Assembly: GCF_009914755.1 (NCBI RefSeq)
Contig: NC_060928.1
Length of the DNA: 64,000 nucleotides
DNA from: the human T2T-CHM13v2.0 reference genome, Homo sapiens
Strand: one strand, 5' to 3'
The notes below the pieces were generated by a model, which made no database searches, was not told the origin of the DNA, and was given only the letters and a program-made list of their open reading frames with translations. The position numbers were made by a program, and so were the translations under genes. This document shows, piece after piece, positions 53,471-64,000 of this stretch (positions are counted from its first letter, which is position 1; every line of letters starts with the position of its first letter).

Positions 53471-55859
53471 GAGGCATACCTTGGAGACAGTGTGGGTTTG
53501 GTTCCAGACCAGTGTGATAAAGCAAACATCTCAATAAAGCAAGTTACATGAATTCCCAGGTTTCCCAGTGCATATAATAGATATATTTGCATTATACTGT
53601 AGACTATTAAGTGTGCAATAGCATAATATCTAAAAAGGCAATGTATATACCATAATTTAAAAAAATACTTTATTGCTAAAAAATGCTACCAATCATTCGA
53701 GCTTTGGGTGAGTTGTAATCTTTTTGCTGGTGGAGTCTTGATTCCATCTTGATGGCTGCTGACTGATTAGAGTAGTGGTTGCTAAAGATGGGAGTGGCTG
53801 TGGAAATTTCTTAAAATAAGACAACAATGACATTTGCAACATCAATTTATTTCTTTCATGAAAGATTTCTCTGTAGTGTGCAATGCTGTTTGACAGCATT
53901 TTACCCACAGTAGAAATTATTTCCAAAGTGGAGGCAATCCTCTCAAACTCTGTCCCTGCTTTATGAACTATGTTTATAGAATATTCTAAATCCTTTGTTG
54001 TCATTTCAGCAATGTTCACCAGGAATAGATTCTGTCTCAAGAAATCACTGTTTGTTCCTCCGTAAGAAGCAACCCCTCATTCATTCTAGTTTAATCACGA
54101 GATTGCAGCAATTCAGTCCCATCTTCAGTCTCCACTTCTCATTCTAGTTATCTTGCCATTTCCACTACCTCTGCAGTTACTTCCTTCCCTGAAGTCTTGA
54201 ACACCTCAAAGTCATCCATGAGGGTTGAAATCAGCTTCTTTCCAATTTCAATTAATGTGGATATTTTGACTCCTTCCATAAATCACAAATGTTCTTCATA
54301 TCATCTAGAAGGATAAGTCCTTTCTAGAAAGTTTTCAACTTACTTTGCCCAGATGCATCAGAGGAATCACTATCTACAGCAACTAGAGACTTACAAATTA
54401 TTCTTAAATGATATGATTTGTAAGTCAAAACTACTCCATGGACTGATCCATGGACTGCGGAATGTATGTTGTGTTAGCAAGCACAAAAACTTTCATCTCC
54501 TTGTACATCTCCATAAGAGCTCTTAGGTGATTTGATGCACTGTCAATGAGCAGTAATGTTTGAAAGGAATTTCTTTTATTTTTCTGAGCAGTGGGTCCTA
54601 ACAGTGGGTTTAAAATACTCACTAAACCATGCTGTAAACAGATGTGTTATCATCCAGGCTGTGTTGTTCTATTTCTAGAGCACAGAGTGGATTCAACATA
54701 ATTCCTAAGGGCCCTAGGATTTGGGGAATGGTAAATGATCACTGACCTCAACTTAAAGTTACCAGCTGCATTAGTCCCTAGTAAGACAGTCAGCCTATCC
54801 TTTGAAGATTTGAAACCAGGCATTGACTTCTCTCTAGTATGGAAAGTCCTGGATGGCATGTTCTTCTAACAGAAGGCTGTTTCAGCTACACTTAAAATCT
54901 ATTAGTTTAGTGTAGTCACCTTCATCAGTGATCTTAGTTAGATCTTCTGGATAACTTTCTGCAGCTTCCCATCAGCACTTGCTGCTTCACCTGACACTTT
55001 TATGTCATACAGATGGCTTCTTTCCTTAAACCTAATGAATACACCTCTGCTAATGTCCAGTTTTTCTTCTGCAGCTTCTTTACTTCTGTAAGCCATCATA
55101 GAATTGAAGAGAGTTATTCCTTGCTCTGAAATAGGCTGTTGCTTAACGGAATGTTGTAGCTGGTTTGATCTTTCTATCCATACCACGTAAATTTTATTCA
55201 TGTCAGCAATAAGGCTGTTTTGCTTTCTTATTATTTGTGTGTTCATTGGAGTAGCCCTTTTAATTTCCTTCATCAATCCTTTCTTTGCAGTCACAACTGG
55301 GCTATCTGGCAAACAAAGTCTAGCTTTTGGCCTGCCTTGGGTTTCAACATGCCCTCCTCACTAAGCCTAATCATTTCAGGCCTTTGATTTAATATGATAG
55401 ATGTGCAGCTCTTCCTTTCACTTGAACACTTAGAGGCCACTGTAGGATTATTAATTGGTGTAATTTCAACATTGTTGGGTGTCAAGGAATAGGGAGGCCC
55501 AAGGAGAGGGAGATGGAAGGATGGCTGATCAGGGGTGCAGGGAGAAAACACACACAACATTTGTCAATTAAGTTCACCATTTTATACGAATGTGGTTCAT
55601 GGCGTCCCAAAACATAATAGTAACATCATAGATCACTGATCACAAATCACTATAACAGATATTATAATAATAATGAAAAGGTTTGAAATCGTTTAAAAAT
55701 TAACAAAATGTGACAGAGACAGGAAATAAGCCCATGCTATTCAAAAAATGGCACTGACAGATTTGCTTGAGGCAGGGTTGCCAAAAACTTTCAATGTGCA
55801 AAAAACCTAGCATTTACAAAGTGCATCAAAGCAATGTGCAATAAAACAAGGTGCTCCTG
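53471..55859 (-). mobile_element. Near full-length Tigger1 DNA transposon (decayed transposase)
   Basis: TA at both flanks; degenerate TIRs GAGGCATACC.. / ..AAGGTGCTCCTG; fragments [39 protein letters not shown]. Confidence 0.92.
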
Positions 55860-56728
55860 TAATAGAATGCTGGGAGGGGTGGTATGATCATTTACTTTGG
55901 ATGTTTAAAGGTTTTAGTACTGATAGCTTAATAGGAATATCTAGTTCTTTCAGGCATCAACAAGAGTAAAAGTACTGAAGTAGTATTTTTCTCCAACTGA
56001 ATCAATCAGTGGGATGGAATTTACCTCATTTTATGTTCTCTTTCTCCTTTTCCATTACCTGCTCTCTATGCTTCACCCAACCCATTCTTTCATGACCTCA
56101 AGTTTACCCAGCAAAATCTTCACATCTACCATCACCTGTACCAGAACTTGTATTTCTCTAATTTTTCAGTGGACTAAATCCTTCACGTTTTACCTTATAT
56201 CTTGCTAAAACACTTTTGCTAGCTAATCCTAGTTTATTCTAGATTCCTTTATTATCATCTCTCATCATATATTCTACTTTCTCTCTTATTTCATAGCATT
56301 TTTTATTATTTGTAATTATTTAGTCATCTGTGTGATTTTTTGTTGTTTAATTTAAGGATCCCCTCTTTCTAGAGGAAAAGCCCCATGAATGGAAAAGCCC
56401 CTTGAACTGTGCCTATTTTGCTCACTCCAGGATGAGTATTATTTCTTAGTATTATTTCTTTAAACTGAACAACTCTAGTAAGATTCCATTCTTATATCAG
56501 AAAGTAAAATGACTATAAGATAGCATGAGACATTAATTTTGTGACAAAAGTTATAAATGTAGCATTGGTTCTAAGAGATGAAATCCTTGCTCTTCTGAGG
56601 GTCTGCAGAGAACAACGAACAGAGCTAGACAAATATAATTTGGAGGTAAGAATGCAAATAAAAAACTCAAATTATTAAATTATGTATGTAATACATCCAG
56701 TTCCAAATGCAAAAGAAATAGTCCTTGA

Positions 56729-57116
<388 letters not shown>

Positions 57117-57583
57117 ATGCACGCTCTTTTGAGCACAAACACACACATACACACAGATACAAAGACACAGACATTGAACAGATATAAATATATACTATGT
57201 CAAATAACTATTGTCAAAATTTTACCAATTTTAGTGTACCAGTTTTAGTTTAACCCAAAAAGCTGTCACTGTTTAGAACTTTGAAATAACAAAATGCTAT
57301 TTACTCTAATAAGTTATTCCTCTTCCAAATGTGGCATAGACACAAAAGAGGGAGAAAAAGGAGAAAAAGTCCTATAGGGACATACTATAACATAAGACAA
57401 GATGTACCAACCACAAGGGGAATAGAGATAGAGGAAAATATCTCTATTTCAGCAAAAACAAATCATTTCACCTTCAAACAATACGATTATGTTTTAAAGA
57501 ACCAGTGAGGATCAGTTTCAAATTACTATTAGTGTAAACTACTCAAGTAGAATGATCTGTTGAAATGGGATTGTTCTGAATTA

Positions 57584-57907
<324 letters not shown>

Positions 57908-58041
57908 TCAAGTGAATAGTTTTTTTTTTATTTCTGGATGATATCAAAGATAATCATCAATGTCCAACAAGGTCTTCATTTTAGTGCATCAGAAGGATTT
58001 TAAGAGCATGTCACCTGAAAAGTCTCATTCCACTGAAATCA

Positions 58042-58290
<249 letters not shown>

Positions 58291-61162
58291 CTAGCAGAAA
58301 ATCAATTAAAATGATAACCAACATTTCTTGAAAGTCTCAGAAATACAGACAAGTTGGAGATGGGTTGTGCTTGAGAAAAACAAATTGTTCCAACAGAAAG
58401 TCTTTTAGAGTAACTAGGAAACCCTAATAATATATAACAGAGCAAAGAAAACTTATGGTTGAGAGAAAGGAAATTCATCAACTGACACACCTCGAATAAG
58501 CCACTAACAGATATTTTCCTTTACTTTCCCTTTAAAACAATTCTTTTGACTTGTATAAACTTCTTCCTACTGCCTTTCTAAAATGTAGCAGATATTAACC
58601 TAAGAAATTTATTTATACACAAGATTTAAAATGAAGGAAGTTATTCAAAGACTAAACTTAAAGTCTTTTTTATGTTACAATTTAAATGTGAAATCCACAA
58701 CTAGAGCATGATGAATGACATCAGCAACATTTGTTCTAACCCCTCCTATGCCACCATGTGACAGGGAGCAAGTTATCACAGAGTTCCTTCAACTGTGAAA
58801 TGAAGACATTGTACTAAATGATTCATTTATTTATCAACAACTTATTGAGTTTCCATTCTGTTCCAGGTACCCTGTGGAGGGTTTAGGCTGTAACAATATG
58901 GTCTCTACCAGCTCCAAAGCTTAATTATTTTCTTAACAAATTGCATGAAGTGTAAATGGAACAGGCTAGCCTTTACACTAACACTTCCTTTCATGTAGAA
59001 ACAATTAAAAAATAGAAAATCCTGTGATGGACTCTTTGTAGGAATTTAGATTTCCAGAAAATTTACAAAATTGTACAAAATCAAATGACAAATGCCAACT
59101 AAAACACTTTCCAGAAGTTGTAGAAAAAGATAAAATGCAAATTCATTTTTAAGTACAAAAGCACTTTGCAATTAACTGGAGAACATTTTATTCCTAATTC
59201 TCCTCCTCTCACCTCTACCTAAGCAGCTAATCATTACATTTATTGAACTTCTGAAATTTGTAAAACACTCTGTTGAATGCTATAGGAAATACACAGAAAT
59301 GGAAAACACAGCTTCTGTCTTCAAGAAGTGTATTTACATTGGAGAAACAAGTCATAATATATATGGATACATTAAAAAAAAAACATGCAATATATATCCA
59401 ACAGAGAGGGGCTTACTTCAGAGCAACCATCTAAGAGGTTTTACAGTTACTCCAATATCACTTCACCACTCCAAACACTTTGGGGACCAACACTTTCAGA
59501 ATCAGCCTTAGATCCTGCAATACATCTCTTTACTATTTCGTTAGTGGCAAATCTGCACCTTTGGATTTTTGTTTGTTTGTAGGCACAGATAAAAGCATTT
59601 GGAGCAAATATTTTTTTAATTAATATGAAATGAATGGGAAACTGTTAGTAATAGGATTCATCATCATTGTCATCACCAATGTGGTCGTAGTAGAAATAGT
59701 AACAGCAAAGGCACATAGCATTTATAATGTGCTAGGCACTGTTCTAAGCACTTCAAATACCGAATTCATTTGGAACAATTCTATGAGGAAAGTACAACTG
59801 TTACCATCATTTTATAGTTGAGGAAATTAAAGCACAAAAAGGTTGGTAAACTTACCCAGAGATACAAAAAAAGAGTGAATGGGCATTTTTGGCAACAGTG
59901 CTTTACTACTACACACATATCGGGGATGGGAATTCTTCTCTGTAATAGGATCTGAAGGTAATTCGCAAGGAGACTTCCCCACCTCTCAGAAAACTCTTCT
60001 GAACGCTTGATGCAACATTGAGTAAGTATCAAATCTTTTTTATTTTAAGAAACAAAGCTTATCCGCATAAAAAATTCTATCTTTTCTTAAAATGTGGGCT
60101 TTTTATTTTATAGCTGTATCTTAAACGCACAACACAATAAACAATCATAATTTAGCACAGGTGGATCGGGTAGTTTGCATAAAAAATGCCCCAGAGCGGG
60201 AAGCAATTACAGCTGAAGGAGAAACAAAGGTGGTCATAGGGAAAGCCACAGAGGAAGTGACCTGGGCTTTGTAAAACTTAATGCCGTGATATACTTAATG
60301 AGATTATTTTGAATTAAAGCAGTTGTTTTCATCTTCCAATCTAATTTGTCTAATTACATGTTTAAAATTTCCTTATTGTGATGACTTCAGAAGAAGACTA
60401 CAAAACCAAGTCTTGACTACCTGATATCACTACAGAGTCTGTATACAAACACCCTTAATTTTACAGAAGAAATTAAATTAATATATCAGGAATGATTCTC
60501 ATACCTCTAAGTACAGATATTATTGACTCTATTTATTATGCCTCATGCTTTGGTCCCAAATGATACTGTTGAGCAGGTAAGAGTTATACATTTTTAATAG
60601 TTTTGGAACAAACCAAAGTCAGCAAACCTTCACAGAAACTTCTTTTTTAATTCACCTAGAATTAAATCACTGAGCAGAGAGAACACTAAATTCAAGTTCC
60701 TGTAGTTAAATTAGTGAATATGCCTATCTCTCTCTTTCCTTTTTAAATTTTTGTTTTCTATTGTTATTGTTGTTCACTTGCTTGCTTTCTTGTCTGAGTT
60801 TTACTCTAAATATGAGGCTATTTCTATCCTCAGCCATGATGAGGCAATTCAGCCTAGTGAAAAGACACTAAGTCTGGAATCTAAAACTGAGTTCAAGCTT
60901 GGCTGTGAGAAGAATTACCGTGTAATCTTCAGCAAGACTTGTAACACCTTTCACTTAGTTATTAATGGGGATGGAAGTCAAAGCAATGTGTAGTGTTATC
61001 AGAATGGGGGAGAAAGAATATCATGCACCAAAGTTAAAAAAATAGAGGGAGACTATGTTGAATCCCAACATAAATTGGAGGGCAAAAAACAAAATTTTTT
61101 TCAAAAAAAGTACTTAGAAATTAAAATGGAGAAAACAAATGGGCTTATTGCAGAACAGTTTA

Positions 61163-61475
61163 AGGAAGGAGGAGAAAGTTGTAGAGGATGAGGAGGCCTG
61201 GGGGAATAGGGAGCACAAGGAAAGGGAGAAGTAGCATGAGGAGGAGGAGGAGGAAGACAAGTATAAGGAGGATGAGAAGGAGGATGAGGAAGAGGATGAA
61301 GAGAAGGATGATTAGGAGGAGGACAAGGTGGAGCATGTGGAGAAGGAGGAAAAGGAAAACAGGGAGAACAAGGAGAAGGAAACGAGCAAGCATGAGTAAG
61401 AGGAGCAGGAAGAGGACTAAAAGGAGGAGAAAGATAAGGACAGACAAGAAGGACACAAAGGAGGAGGTGAAGAAT
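61163..61475 (+). repeat. GA-rich low-complexity tract (degenerate (GAG)n)
   Basis: About 310 bp, overwhelmingly purines on the plus strand. Confidence 0.9.
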
Positions 61476-61489
61476 ATATGGAAGAGTCT

Positions 61490-62260
61490 CTTTTAATAAG
61501 TACAGAATGTGAATCTAATTCTATTCCACTAAATCTCATAAAAGGCCATCACAGAGGATAGCTTCAGTAATAAAGTGAACAAGAAAATCTGATTGTCACT
61601 CAGTATCCTTCATCAACCATCCAAATGTTTGCTTAATGGACCCACATATAAAGCACAGAGTGGTGCAGAGGGAGGATATATATAGGTTCAGCATTCTCTT
61701 CTCCTACCAGGGGGAATCTGGCTTTCCAGCACTAAAGAAGTCCCAAACTTCAAAAGCCAAGGCTGATGCTGAGCCCCCAAAAAGCTATCACTGTCCAACA
61801 GGGCAAGAGGACCAGGTGGCTGTATGTGGTAGCAGAATGATTCCACTGGATTCCTCCCATTATAAGGGGATGCTCTTGGACTCACAAAGATAGACATATA
61901 CAATATATGTCTTCCCTGCCTTCAGTGCCTCTGCAAGCACCATCATTCATGGACTTATAGTGCAACTGATATATAGCCAAGGTTTCCTGTGAAAACTATC
62001 TCCTAACCATTTTTTAGCAAAGGAAGTGAGACAGTGGGCTCAATACATATAATTCATGGATCACATCACCTGCACCCTCTAGTAGCAACCAGTTTGACAG
62101 AATGATGAAATGTCCTGATGAAGCCTCAGCCAGGGTGCAAGCCAAGAGATAACACCCTGAGAGGTTGGAGTTCTGTTCATAGGTTGGGCAGCCAAGTATA
62201 TGGTGTCATCTCTGCTGTAGAGAATGCACAAATCCAGGAACCAAGAGGTGAGAGTAAAAG
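61490..62260 (+). mobile_element. Degenerate ERVL/MaLR internal sequence
   Basis: Recalled MLT-int/HERVL-like motifs, e.g. CCAAGGCTGAT, CATTTTTTAGCAAAGGAAGTGAGACAGTGGGCTCA. Confidence 0.5.
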
Positions 62261-62269
62261 GGGTATAAG

Positions 62270-62820
62270 TCAGGCTCAGGGGCTCCTGCCAGTAATCCCA
62301 GCACTATGGGATGCCAAGGGGGAGGACTGCTTGAGGCCAGGTGTTCAAGACCAACCTGAACAACATAACTAGACCTCGTCTATACAAAAAATATATTACT
62401 TTGGGAGGCCGACACAAGCAGATCACGAGGTCAGGAGATCGAGACCATCCTGGCTAACATGGTGAAACCCCGTCTCTACTAAAAATACTAATAAAAAAAA
62501 TTAGCTGGGAGTGGTGGTGGGCGCCTGTAGTCCCAGCTACTCAGGAGGCTGAGGCAGGAGGATGGTGTGAACCCGGGAGACAGAGCTTGCAGTGAGCCGA
62601 GATCGCAGTGAGCCGAGCCTGGGTGACAGAGTGAGACTCCATCTCAGAAAAAAAAAAGAAAGAAAGAAAAAATTACCCAGGTATGGTGTCATGAGCTTAT
62701 GTTCCCAGCTACTCGAAAGGCTGAAGGAGAGTTACAGTGAGCTATGATTGCGCCACTGCACTCCAGCTGGGCGACAGAGTTAGACCTTGTCTCTAAATAA
62801 ATAAACAGATAAATAAAGTA
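62270..62820 (+). mobile_element. AluJ-type element with a nested AluY-type element (~62398-62672)
   Basis: Old left arm, then CTTTGGGAGGCCGA..GATCACGAGGTCAGGAGATCGAG..poly(A), then old right arm with a (TAAA)n tail. Confidence 0.85.
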
Positions 62821-62869
62821 ATCTATCTTATTTTTATGCCTAATACACCACTTAAAGAATTCTTACTGA

Positions 62870-64000
62870 CAGGCCAGATGGCCAAGTAGGAACAGCTCTG
62901 GTCTGTAGCTCCTAGCCAGACCAACGCAGAAGGTAGGTGATTTCTGTATTTCCAACTGAGGTACCCAGTTCATCTATTCAGGATGGTTAGACAGTGGGTG
63001 CAGCCCTCTGAGGGCAAGCAGAAGCAGGGTGAGGACCCAGGAAGTGCAAGGAGCCGGGGACCTCCCTCCTGGAGCCAAAGGAGGCCATGAGGAGCCATGC
63101 CATGAGGGACAGTGCTCTCCAGCCCAGATACTATGCTTTTCCCAAGGTCTTTGCAACCTACAGACCAGGAGATTCCCTAGGGTGCCTACACCTCAAGGGC
63201 CCTGGGTTTCAACCACAAAACTGGGTGGTTGTTTGGGCAGACACCAAGCGAGCTACAGGAGTTTTTTTCCATACCCCAGTGGTGCCTGGAACACCAGCAA
63301 GACAGAATCATTCACTCCCCTGGAAAGGGGGCTGAAGCCAGGGAGCCAAGTGGTCTTGCTCAGCGGGTCCCACCTCCATGGAGCCTGGAAAGCTAAGACC
63401 CACTGGCTTGAAATTCTCGCTGCCAGCACAGCAGTCTGAAGTCAACCTGGGGCACTCGAGCTTGGTGTGGGGAGGGGCATCTGCCATTACTGAGGCTTGA
63501 GTAGGCAGTTTTCCCTTCATAATGTAAACAAAGCCTCCAGGAAGTTCAAACTGAGCGGAGCCCACCACAGCTCGGCAAAGCCACTGTAGCCAGACTGCCT
63601 CTCTAGATTCCTCCTCTCTGGGCAAGGCATCTCTGGCAGAAAGGCAGCCGCCCCAGTGAGAAGCTTATAGATAAAACTCCCATCTCCCTGGGTCAGTGCA
63701 CCCACGGGAAGGGGTAGCTGTGGGCGCAGCTTCCGCCGACTTAAACGTTACTGCCTGCCAGCTCTGAAAAGAGCAGCAGATCTCCCAGCATAGTGCTCGA
63801 GCTCTGCTAAGGGACAGACTGCCTCCTCAAGTGGGTCCCTGACCCCTGTGCCTCCTGACTGGGAGACACCTCCCAGCAGGGCTCAACAGACACTTCATAC
63901 AGAAGGGCTCCAACTGGCATCTGATGGGTGCCCATCTGGGACGAAGCTTCCAGAGGAAGGAGCAGACAGCAATCTTTGCTGTTCTACAGCCAATGCTGGT
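62870..64000 (+). mobile_element. 5' UTR of an older L1 (L1PA7/8-like), antisense to SLC39A8; continues past window end
   Basis: AGATGGCCAAGTAGGAACAGCTCTGGTCTG ... TTTCCAACTGAGGTACC ... GACTGCCTCCTCAAGTGGGTCCCTGACCCC. Confidence 0.9.

Noticed and set aside
53693-55560. Transposase ORFs as an active or domesticated TIGD gene
   Set aside because: Fragmented by many frameshifts and stops; an ordinary Tigger1 fossil
61160-61496. Arg-rich protamine-like ORF (+) and Leu-rich ORF (-)
   Set aside because: Both are translations of a GA-rich low-complexity tract

Overview
Human (or very closely related great-ape) genomic DNA, dominated by transposable elements. It contains the 3' end of SLC39A8 (ZIP8 metal transporter) on the minus strand: three canonical coding exons at 58083-58290, 57701-57885 and 53255-53404, a 3' UTR ending near 51877, and an alternative 3' path using an internal donor at 53371, a 60-nt exon at 49666-49725 and a distal terminal exon at about 41250-43641. 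Downstream of the gene are a decayed full-length HERV9/LTR12 provirus (24379-36365) interrupted by an L1, a solo LTR12, the 5' end of a young L1 with intact ORF0, a twin-primed L1, and many Alu, L2, MIR and MaLR relics; a near-complete Tigger1 lies in the last canonical intron. The most interesting unexplained structure is a ~205-bp, ~96% identical inverted repeat (49747-49952 / 51618-51822). It runs from just past the proximal SLC39A8 poly(A) site to 21 nt before the alternative exon, so it is a candidate long-range RNA duplex controlling splicing versus polyadenylation. The provirus lacks a target-site duplication and looks recombinant. No prokaryotic genes, CRISPR arrays, rRNA or tRNA genes were seen. 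Repeat subfamily names come from recalled consensus motifs, not from a database search.
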